A stretch of DNA of 64,000 bases, taken from positions 3,971,241 through 4,035,240 of the forward strand of contig OZ316899.1 in assembly GCA_973895155.1 (NCBI GenBank), in the 5' to 3' direction. The stretch's first letter is position 1; every line of letters begins with the position of its first letter. Both the position numbers and the translations under genes were made by a program. Under the pieces are notes generated by a model. It was not told the origin of the DNA. It did not search any database and worked only from the letters and a program-made list of their open reading frames with translations. Shown here piece by piece: positions 24,268 to 34,741 of this stretch. Source of the stretch: Marsupella aquatica. Its lineage: Eukaryota; Plantae; Marchantiophyta.

Positions 24268-25412
24268 CTTTACGATGAAAGGTGTACGAACGGAATCCTC
24301 ACGACTAATTACCAATTCTCCGTACCATATTAACAGTTGTGTCCGTATTATATCCGATCAATGAGCGCTATTCCCCTCTTTGTAATCGGTTGGAGAGACG
24401 TTACTCATTGCGAACGACAAGATTCAATTTAATTTATCAGTGACGGAAAGCGACAACTTAGAAATTGCGATAAGTATTAATGTGAACTACGCTAAAATGT
24501 TTGCGTGATAATCACGATGAACATTAGTTACTATTAAAAGTTACCGTTGTCTCAGCACCTTGCGGACAAACATGCAATGCCAGCGCCGGGCGCTAACGAA
24601 TAAGAGACTACCAAATTGAAGAACTTATTGGTGAACAAATGCTAGCGCCCGGCGCTAGCCATTTGAATAATTTCATTAACGTTCTTTCTAAGCAACATAT
24701 ATTGTCAACAAACTCCTAAATGTACCTGTTTCACCTGTAGTAACCAAATTTTACTTAATATTATGAGATTAAATTTATTGTATCAATAGTAGCGCCTGGC
24801 GCTAGTAAAATTTTACTATATTTGCAAAAATATTTCGTGTGTAATTATGCTAGCGCCAGGCGCTAGTCATAATACTTTTCAAATTATGTCATTGTTATTA
24901 AAATGGCTTTTAGGTAGCGCCCGACGCTAATGAAATGGACGCACTTGTATAGACTACTATCTAGTCGTATTCATGTAATAAATATTCCTGACACCCGCAC
25001 TTGACGGGCAAAAACGACAAATGTATCATTTATGATTTCAACGGACGCAAAGTTGTGCGTGTTCTATGTCGTATTGAAATGTCTCTTTCAACGGCCGGTG
25101 GTCCTCGAAGGGGTGTTATAAGCACAAGAAATACGGTTGGGATTGGGCTATTGCATGAATTACTTCTGCCCTAAACTTCTTTCGTCTACAATGTCGCGCT
25201 CAATTGTTATTACACGTGCTTGTACCCGGGAAGTCGTCAAAGTTCCCGTGCAGGTTTCTGATACTTACAGGCAAGTAAGCGAGAACTATCTGTGCGGGAG
25301 ATTCGATTTGAGAATCAATGACATTCTGTCGATTGTTCCTGAGGAGTCATCGAGTGGAGGACATGAACCAGCTGCGGCATTTGATGTGGATGACTGAATA
25401 CGTTTCTGGCAC

Positions 25413-28400
25413 ATGAATGTAGGACTTCGTTACACGCTTCATGTCCGACCTACTCCTCTTCAATCGGTTGTTCAGGACATTCCGCCCCAGGTTGTTGAAA
25501 TATCTGAGAGTGAAGATGAGGAAGTTGCGCCCAATCCTCCTAAGAAGCACAAAGCTCCAAGCTCTAGTTGCCTTAAGAGTGAACCGGTGGCCACTTCCAC
25601 TGCAGATGTCCAAAAGGTCTACAGGCGGAGTGCAATGGACGCCTTACTCAAGGCCACCGGCCATAGTGAATTGTCAAGATTTATGTCGGCAGGGGACTTT
25701 AGACACGATCAAGTTCCTTGTTTGCCAAACAAGTACAACGGAAATATTGTATTTGAATTGCCTCCCATTGTGGGAATGCAGTCCAAAGGATCTAGATTTC
25801 GTGACATGGACCGTGCCAAAGATTGTTACATTTGGACCAGGATTTTTCCGACGACCGTAAACGTGCAACCAAAGAAACACTGGGAGTTTGGTAAAGTCAG
25901 TTGTACTGGGTTCGTCGAGTGCAGGAACAAGTCTTGTGAATATTTTTTGCGAAAGAAGAGATGCAATTCTAAAGCGTGGGCTGGTACCCCTAAGCTTAGT
26001 GGCCAGCATGTGGTGGGTTCGCTCATTGAAGAGGGTGGTATAGTATGTCACTACTGTGAAAAGATTCCTTTTTGTGTGGACTCTTGCCCTGCTCGCTTGT
26101 TCTATATGTATCCACAGGTCCTACTTGATACAGCAACCTGTAGTCACATGTCTCGGCTCGCGGTACATATAGGTGAACATAATCATCCGAGTAGAAAAGT
26201 TTTCTCGAGGAGTGCTGAAAAGATGGCCGAGGACTTAATAAAAAGAAATCACGAAGCTAATCCTCTTGCGAAACCGGCTGGGATTTTGAATTCGGCGACT
26301 GGTTTGCTTGTGAAAGCTCTTTGCGAGAACGTTGACAACATCGTAGATATTGAAGAAACCGAAATTTGGAAGTCTCTCATGGTTCTATCTACTCCTCAGA
26401 AATTTGCGTCCCTTTGTCGCAGCGTTCGAATGGACCAGGCTGGTCGTGGTGAGTTAGATTTCCTAGCTCGAATGCAAAGGTCAAATAATATTTCTTTTCT
26501 CCAAAGGTATCTTCTTCCGGGTCAGGGTTGTTTAGCAGATCGTCCCCACATATTCAAAATGTCAGTGAAGGGTCATGGATCTGGTGTAGATCTTTTACGT
26601 CAGATGCAACCTGGCGGAAGACTGGAAGGGGCTTGGGTGAGTTTTGATGTCATGAAACGAGTGACAACCGACTGGTTTACTTTTAGCGCACACGTTTACG
26701 ATCACAACTTTCGAGCTCTTTGTACAATATTCACATGCGAACTAAAAGCTGAAGACACAGAGTCCTTTGAGAAGGCATGGAGAATTATGATAGAGGTTTG
26801 TAAGGAAAATGGGTTACATGAGGTTACCATTCAAGGTTTTATGGCCGACAATGCTCAGGCTGGATGGATTGCTGTTCGCAATGTCTTTTTTGGGGGTCAC
26901 CCAGACCCTGAACGTGAACGCTCCGATGCATTCCACTTTTACCAGTCTTTCCATCGACATTCCACCGAGGGAGTACTCAAGGGTAGGCAACCTGAACATC
27001 TAAGACTATGGGAGAAATTGCGAAATGCTCCATCATTCGTTGCTGCGTACCGAGTTTCTAGGGAGATTGTGTTATGGTGGCAAGCAGGCAACTGTGTTCC
27101 AGGGAAACTGATGATGTTGCAGAGTTGGATATCATGGTGGGTTGTTCGATGGCGTCAGTGGGGGAATTTCATTCGCGTGGTAAGTTTTATCAATGCTTAC
27201 AATAGTCACTTCGCCAGGTTTTTTACTAGCGCCTGGCGCTGCTTTTAACTGTACAGATGCCAACATTATATTATTACATCATGCACAATGCTAGCGCCTG
27301 GCGCTGCTTTTAACTGTACAGATGCCAACATTATATTATTACATCATACACAATGCTAGCGCCTGGCGCTGCTTTAAACTGTACAGAGAACTTTGCCACA
27401 TTCATGACTTATGAACACTTGATAATACCAACATTACCGTAATATATATTATATACATTGCTAGCGCCTGGCGCTGCTTAAACAAATTGACTAAAGTTGG
27501 TCTGGATCCACTTCATTGTAGAGCAAAAGCGCAGAAGAAGGTGCCCTCATTCCAAACTGTACAGGTTCTGAGTCAAGGCACGCTTCAATGAAAGCATGGG
27601 CAACCAAAAAAATGGTGGGCCTCTTCGAAGCATGCGAGTTGATCAAAATCGGGCTATATCTCAAGTTGCAGGTTACAGTGCATATCGGAAAGGACTCAAT
27701 AGAGGGAAGGGGCCAACTATCTGGGAATTGGCATTCCGTTCGGCAGACCAAGCAGGTTCACCCAAGTTATTTGAAGAAGCCACTAACATGATTCTTTCCA
27801 ACTCTGCCGATTTTGATCTGGGTAGGAATTCTCCTCTGAATGGAGATATTGTCACCAAATCGGTTAAGAGGAAGGGACTTGCAACTGGGATTGTCTCGCC
27901 ACAAGACTCCCATCGGCATGACACCATTCTCATCACTACCCCAAATACTCGAGGATTCAAACGGAAGAATCTCAACAAGACTGAGTTCACTTCCATTCCC
28001 GCCAATGTAGTAGATCCTGTAGTAGACCTCTGCGGGAGTGACACTTCAACAAGTGAAAGCGATTCCCTTGCAAACACCCCTGAAGCCACGAGGGAAACAA
28101 CATCATCTCAACAACCACGCAGTGCCCCCGCTGTGGTTCAACGTTTGCCGACAGAATCAGCTCCATTGGAAATGGACGTTCCAAGAGGAAGCTGGCATTT
28201 GAGATGGACGGCCAAATATGGGGCAGGGCCACAGTGTAATGGGACCTTGCATGGAAATTCTGACAGAGATGAGTGTTGACATCGTGTCAAGAAAATAGGG
28301 TTGCATTCTGCTGCCGGTGTTGTCAGCATTGTTGTCAGCGGACATCGGATTTTCAGAGGAACTCCCATTGCCGAAATGATATGGTTCTGCCCAAACAGCA

Positions 28401-29047
28401 CATGCTACAAGAGCCGCCCGCGTCGTGGTGTTGAACGCCTTCCTCCTGTACCGGACATCCTGCTAGTTGTGAAAGGAACAAACCTTTCGCCTGGAGAGAT
28501 AGAGTACCTTCAAGCGCAGGGAGTCTCTATGGTCCAAACAGCTACGCCCTCTCGAACTCGAACTGCACCATTTGCATTCAACTTGAGAATCAATGTTAAC
28601 ACATTTCCAGAGAAAATCAATTTTTCGGAGCCCAACGTGCGCCTTCGTAGCAGGAATGGGAGGAACTCCAGACCTCGCTCTAATCTAACTGTGGCTCATA
28701 GTAAACAAATGGAGTCGGCTCGAAAAGAAGCTATGACTCTGGATGGAGAGTGGGATGTGATTAGTGGAATTGCTTATGGGAAACAATTCAGAATACGGAC
28801 TCACGAGAACCTTCGATCACCAAACACTTACTTTGTCCAAATGTGCATCTTCCCTACTTGTTCCTGTGAGGATTTCTTCCGTCGTCATTCCCGCGGCAAG
28901 CCGTATATGCCCTGTAAACATTTGTACTGGGTGTTCATAAATGTCTTCAAGTTTCATGTAGAGGAGTCTACCCTGTGTAGCCAGCCGATTTTGACAGTTG
29001 GAGAAGTCAGACTTGTGTTGGAGAGGCACAACGCAAATGGTTTATAG
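25413..29047 (+). pseudogene. MULE-type transposase, ~1097 aa: GCM/WRKY-like Zn domain, DDE core, C-terminal SWIM finger; one frameshift and one nonsense codon
   Basis: Exons 25413-27179 and 27522-29047 (GTAAGT...TGTAG, phase 0; true start uncertain). SCTGFVECRNKSC...CHYC...CPAR...HIGEHNHP; D at 26646 (SFDVMK); D at 26847 (FMADNAQA); SDAFH at the CxxH position; E at 27570 (SESRHAS); SWIM CSCEDF...CKH. Frameshift ~27636; TGA 28277-28279. Confidence 0.85.
27222..27390 (+). repeat. 65-bp tandem repeat (~2.5 units) in the transposase intron, one palindrome per unit
   Basis: CTAGCGCCTGGCGCTGCTTTTAACTGTACAGATGCCAACATTATATTATTACATCAT... repeated, motif starts at 27228, 27293 and 27358. Confidence 0.92.
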
Positions 29048-29701
29048 AGGGACACGATTTATCCTTAACTGTCGTATTCCATAACGGATACTATGTTGTT
29101 TTGTCTTTAGTCAACGGATATTACTTTAGTTTTTTATGTGGTTTTGGTTAGCGTCGGGCGCTGGTCAATAACTTATTTATAAAATTTTGTTTTTTGTGGT
29201 TATTGCCATTGGATGGTTCCATAAGCTTTTATTATCGTCCCATTATTCTGCGTACTTAATCCTTTGTTAGCGCCTGGCGCTAGTTTCACACTCTGCCTGA
29301 CAGACCCCTATGTTTCCGATAACATAATTCAGTCCACAACTGGCTTTGTGGTGGGTCCCGCCTGAGCATACTCCATTCCTCCATGGGTATTATGGTTAGC
29401 CTTTTTTTAACCACACTAATGAAGTATATGAACTAAATGAAGCATTTAAAAGTGGACTGTTTAGAAATGTTGCTGTATTTAAACAGCAGTGAATTGAATG
29501 ACAACCCTTTTTTATCTATAATCTGAGCAAGTGACAATGGATTGGAACCTCTTCGAGCAACTGTGAGCACACTTTTCCCTTAGATCTGACGTCGTGTCTT
29601 ATGCCAGTAGGAATATTTTTAGCTTAAGTATGTGGTTGTTCCTTACGTGAATTTTAGAAAAACTTTGCCAAATAGTACACTTTTACAATAACAATTTCCT
29701 G

Positions 29702-30870
29702 TTACCAGGAGAAATTACCTGGTAACAGGAAAACTGTTTCCTGTTTCCTGCCTCCACTGCTATACCCCTTAGGAGTATCCTTTGAATCACCAATCAAACA
29801 AAAAAGACAGCTCGGATGATACGTGTGCCCACAGGATGTTGGGATCCAATTGTAACAATGATAACCATTGCAACAAACGGGACAACTTGACAACAAAACT
29901 TGGGTTGACACTAGAGAAGTAAGTGTCGCAACAAAGGTCGGTCTCAAGGTTGGACAGGGATTCTGCAATATACTCTCCAAAGTTGCATATTCAGACTTTT
30001 GTGCTTCCTCCGCCAAGTTAAGCTCCTTCAAGTTTGCATCCACAGCTGCAGCCACTTTTTCAGTTGGGACACCATCCCTAACGATGCTTCAAACCCCTTC
30101 TGCTTGGCTGCAATGATCTTGGTCACCTTCACCATATCCCTCTTGATGGTCTCTTGGCGGCCCTTCAACTCAACACTTTTGCTTGTGAGTTTTTAAGTCA
30201 GGTTTCCAAGAGAGCACTAAACTCAATGCTCCGTAATCATTGGAAACAATTTGCATTTGTAAGAGTACAACAATGCTAGACTAGTAGACTGCATAGTTCA
30301 GTTTGATGATGCAAAATAATCAGAGAATGAAAGAGTACAAATAGTTCCCTTGCAAGGTAGCCAGGGGTGAATATACCTCATTCCTAGAGCCCTCATCTTC
30401 CTTGTTGGCCTCTAGCTCAAGGTCTAAAATGATGTCATCAACTTCCTTGTCTGTAGACTCTACCATCTCCCGCAATTGATCCTATTCTTGCTCCATAGAT
30501 CTCAACTGCTCATTAAGCTTTTCCACGGTTGCTGGGTGATCCCGTTCAGCTGCATCTAGGGCCTTCAAACTCGCTTCAACCTTGGCAGCATCTGGCAGAG
30601 CCTCACATTTTTGGCACTTTGTTGACAAAATTGTTGAGTCAAGCATCAATAGTAGAAGTCCGATAGGCTCAGCTTGATAAAAGGGCACCTTTGGGACATC
30701 ATAGACAATAGCCTTACATAGGGTGGTATGTACCTCATTGACCAATCCAACCCCCGCAGTCTTATCATCGGCTGCATTATCCCAAAGAGACAATTCAAAC
30801 TCTTTGGAGGCATCTGCTGATTTTGGTTTGCTCTTAGTTTGCGGGGTAGTCTCTATTGACACTTGACTTT
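29702..30870 (-). pseudogene. Decayed coiled-coil plus RING-like zinc-finger gene fragments; reading frame continues beyond the nest at ~52632
   Basis: CPVC...CGHTYHPSC in 29702-30055; ORF 30482-30862 rejoins across TSD ACTTT as RVSLKDQIQSQVSIETT. Confidence 0.5.
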
Positions 30871-30879
30871 TGTAAAGAT

Positions 30880-31460
30880 GGGGCTTCCTAACACAAGGAG
30901 TCCCGTCTGGCCTACCCTTTCCCTCTCTCTCTCACTGGATTATCTACCCCTTTAGCTTGGACGATGCATATGCAGCCCAATTGACTTTTGGCCAAGAACA
31001 CGCTCAACATAAGCACCTTTCACAAAGGTATGAGCCAGAAGTCCATTGACAGGTTTATTGTAGCCATCAATGACTTGGGATAGATGCAACAAGTTTGCAA
31101 TGGGAATGCCGACTGAGCTATTCAATTATAACCACTACACGTTTTCTCTCCAAACCATGTACTCAAATCTTGGTCACTTACATCAGTTCTCTTATAAGGA
31201 TTTTCACCGACATTGGGGAGTCCAAAGGTGACAGCAAAATATGTTGGGTCTCTCTGGAATTCTGCAGGATCCCAATCCTGCGCACTCTTCTTGCTCTTCT
31301 AACTTGACCCATGCGGTTCTACTGAAATAGCAGGCATGGCACCCCCAACAATTACAGGTACAACTCTAACGTGTGACGCCTCTACACGGTCTATTGCATT
31401 AGTCACATTTTTTGAAAGTCCATCAAGGTCAAGAGGCACAACACCCATCGTAACTTAGTC
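30880..31460 (-). pseudogene. Antisense remnant of the LTR-borne accessory ORF family within solo LTR X
   Basis: Reads WDPAEF...FAVTFGLPNVGE...WFGEK...IDGYNKP...HTFVKG...KVNWA with stops and a frameshift; weak similarity to the ORFs at 46297-48897 and 58262-59946. Confidence 0.45.
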
Positions 31461-32580
31461 CTGAGTACACATACAAATGCAACGGTCCGACAAAGTAAAG
31501 TTGGATGGCTACAGATTTAACTTCAACATTGAATAGAAAAGGTGACCAAGAAATTGGAAAAGGAGCAAAAGCTATTCACCCTTTGCCTCGAATCAATCCC
31601 CCAAATTTGTCCACCAAATCCTTGAACAAAGTCTAGCACTCTTTGACCGCGCCTTGCCTCAAACCTCCTTGATTGTTAGTAGTGGGATTTGGGCCAATCA
31701 AATGTGATGCAAAATGAGATGCAAAATTGTTGAGAGTGGTTTGGTTGAGCTGGTGCGCCTCACCTCCAAATGTTGGATTCAAAATCATCTAAGTGTTTGG
31801 CAAGAATGATGAGAGAATCCAAAAGTGTCGAAGTGAGAGTAGTTCAATTTGCACCCTAAACCTTCAACAAAGCCCAAAATAGACAAACAAATTAAATGTG
31901 GCTTAGCCAACATGCACCAAGTACCCCCACCACACCGGGAAAGCCGTGTCAAAGGATGTGACTTCTGTGAAGGACATCACGTGAAAGAAACAAGTTGGCC
32001 CCACAGCTTGTGAGGTGGCCTTTCAGAAATTACAAGTTGCTGTTCAAAATTCAAAATGGGAGAAGGATGCTTGTCTCAAGCTAGATCTTGTTCACATGGG
32101 CACAAAAACGATGGCTTAAACTCATAATGGCTAGCCCTTGAGTCATTAGTGATGGAATAATGATTATTGAAAAGTCCTTAGTCACTTCAAGATTGTGTAA
32201 TCCTGGCCACACATGAGCATTGGAAGTCCTTGGACATGAAGTCATTTCCCCTAGTCCTTTGGGCCTCCTTTGGTACCCCTCTAGCTTGCTTTCAACCTCT
32301 TGTTAGAATTTGGTTATCACTTAGGAAGAAAAACCAAACTGTGTCGACGACACTTTAACAAGGCAAGCCAGTAGAGATTCTTAACCAAATGAAAATGCAT
32401 GGTGGTACTAACACTTTAAGTCTAATCAATGGAATGAGTTTTGGACAGGAACCTTGAAATATTTCAGCCTCCCTCAAAGCTACTTCAAGATTATCTTGTA
32501 TTTTGTTAATTGTTATTAAGAAGATGTTGAGCTTCATCTTCTAAAGCGTAAACAACTTAGTCGCAGGGTTTTGGAGTGAG

Positions 32581-34008
32581 AGTGGTGGACCTTGCCACCC
32601 AGCGCCCTCACCAATCCCAGCACCCACGCACAAGTGCCCTTGGAGCCCAAATGTCTCCACGGAACTCCTCAAGCAAGCAACTTGGTGCCCTCAACACTAC
32701 CTATGGCCCCTCCCATATGATTCGCACTTGCTCTCTAACACGACCGTTGCTCAACGGTACTCAATGTCTGCACAAGCAACCAAGCATTCCGGTAAGTAAC
32801 CCATAAGGATCTAGATCTCCCAAGTCTAGTATCCTAACTCAAGCTCAATAGACATTTGGTAAGTAGGTCAACAACAGGTCGTCCCAATGCCATAAGCCGG
32901 AACCAGAATTGACAACCACCGTTTGTCCAAAACAGCCCCTTCCTTGGGTGCTGCCCGGGTTTCCCCTCATACCTATCCATTACTAACTGACTGCCCATGG
33001 GCCAAATAGCATAGCTTGTCCTAAAGCTTGTCTCAAGCTTGTCCCAACACGCCAGGACCAGAATGGTCCCGACTCTAGCAACCAATTCCTGGTTCTTGCT
33101 CCACTTATGGTCCAGGGGCCAAGTGCCCTTGGAACTCAACCTCCATGCCTATTGGGCCTTGTCTCCCCAACAAAAGCTCCCTTGGGCAACTATTTTGGCA
33201 GGATTTGGCAAGCGGGCCAGATAGCCACCTCAAACCCTGAGAACCCATGGCACCCCTAGACCTAGTTGAGCTTAGGATGAGGTATTCCTCCAACAAATTT
33301 CCCATTAGGAAGTTATCGCCATTTCTATTTTGGCATTTTCCCTTAGTGTCGCGACCGCCGCGGCCCACGACTTTGGCTCACCCTTAATCCCCAAGGAGAC
33401 ACCACTCCCCTCATATATGCTTTTGGAGACCTGCCACCCCCAGACCTACTTTGGTCCCCAAATTTTGGTGTCCCACCTGGACCTCAACCCGCATGCTTGG
33501 GCGTGCCACCAGCTGACAATGCCCATAACTTTCTAGTTATGCATCCGCAAGCAGAGTGCCTTAGCCCGTTGTGATTGGGCCGACCCAGTGCTCATGCCTA
33601 GGCCTTCCAGTCCCATTGTCGCCCAGGATCCCCGATCAGCCAAACCCGGATCGGGCCATAACTCGTGCCCCAAGCATCCGTTGCCCATGGAGTAAACTCT
33701 ATTTGCCTTGGGCCCAAGAGGAGCTCTCACTCAAGCCCACAAAACTCAAAGTCTGTCCAAGGGTCCAGACGGTTAACCTTGAGCCCGACCCTTTCCCTTT
33801 GATCCAACCAGCCCTCAGTTAGTCTAAGTCCTTAGTGTGTGTCACCAGCCCAGCGCCTTGCCTTTGCAAATGCCACTCCTCGTTGCCCACAAGTCTCCCC
33901 ATGCTAAGTCCTCCCCGGATGGCCGTTCCGGGCCTGGACCATAGGGGAGCCCAACCTCGGAGTCAGCAACATCGGAGCTAAGTGTTAAGGTAGTCGTGTT
34001 CCGCAACT
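32581..34008 (-). repeat. Chromovirus 3' LTR
   Basis: Element strand AGTTGC...GGTCCACCACT; preceded by AAGGGGGGGTGCA; many transition differences from the 5' LTR. Confidence 0.88.
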
Positions 34009-34741
34009 TGCACCCCCCCTTAAAAATGGTCATGTCTGTGTGATCTAAGTAAATGTTCTAACATGCCTAGACCACTTTAGGTCTCTGTCATAAACCATAG
34101 TTTACTTTAACCCTAGACTAGAGTAGGTTAACCTTAACCCAATATGTTAACCTCTTAGGACTATATAAGTCCTTGATATAATGGAAGTGTGTGGAAGATT
34201 ACAATCATCTACTTTGTTTACAACACGTTATTAGCACGACTGGCTCAATGATTTTTTTTGCCTAGGCTGCCCCAACAGACATATTGAGAGATCGTAGTTT
34301 TTACATAGAAAATTACCAAGAATGTTGCGTTTTTGGCACCGGAATCCTATGTAACCGCCTAACTACCCCAAAATTGAGTACAATCCCACCTAAAAAGTGA
34401 TGCTAGTTTACGCAAAAATTGAGCCCGGACATCAGATTGCTATGAGGAAGGCATCCATTAGCGATCTCAATCTTCATTGCCGTAAGGACGGATTTGTCTA
34501 ATTTTTTTTTGTTCCATCCAACTTATTTCATCAAGGAATCCAATGCAGGATTTGGGAATGGCCGTTATGCCAAATTAGAAACAACAATGCTACGGTGAAA
34601 TCCTGAAATTGGACTTATAGGTGCTTCGAACCAGCACCTATAACTCCCCGAAGCATATATTTACCAATTGGATAGACCCAAGTATTATATATATACACCA
34701 CCACACCGAGCATTACAATCCCGAGTACAAGCGCAAGAAAT

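Larger units (their letters stand above)
18501..29281. repeat. 21 dispersed copies of the 13-bp interrupted palindrome AGCGCCnGGCGCT
   Basis: Starts at 18501, 18695, 18865, 19052, 19876, 19980, 21933, 21973, 22022, 23429, 24582, 24644, 24791, 24852, 24916, 27228, 27293, 27358, 27463, 29150, 29269. All lie in introns or intergenic/subterminal DNA; variant bases are C>T or G>A. Confidence 0.93.
18300..29310. mobile_element. Mutator-like (MULE) DNA transposon with cargo gene(s); termini not resolved
   Basis: Contains a MULE-type transposase and a divergent ParB/MTase gene. Extent inferred from the AGCGCCnGGCGCT motif range (18501-29281). No convincing TIR or TSD found by eye. Confidence 0.75.

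Noticed and set aside
20187-28279. In-frame stops in the MULE genes as recoding or U-to-C editing sites
   Set aside because: All are explained by C>T decay, a true frameshift is also present, and U-to-C editing is organellar.
18501-29281. Palindromic repeats as a CRISPR array or bacterial REP elements
   Set aside because: Only 13 bp long, irregular spacing from ~40 bp to kilobases, located in spliceosomal introns, and no cas genes.
18229-29411. Candidate MULE TIR pairs (TAGGGGCC at 18300 with GACCCCTA at 29303; GTTAAAAAAAA at ~18229 with TTTTTTTAAC at ~29402)
   Set aside because: Similarity is short and neither pair is flanked by a matching 8-11-bp TSD.
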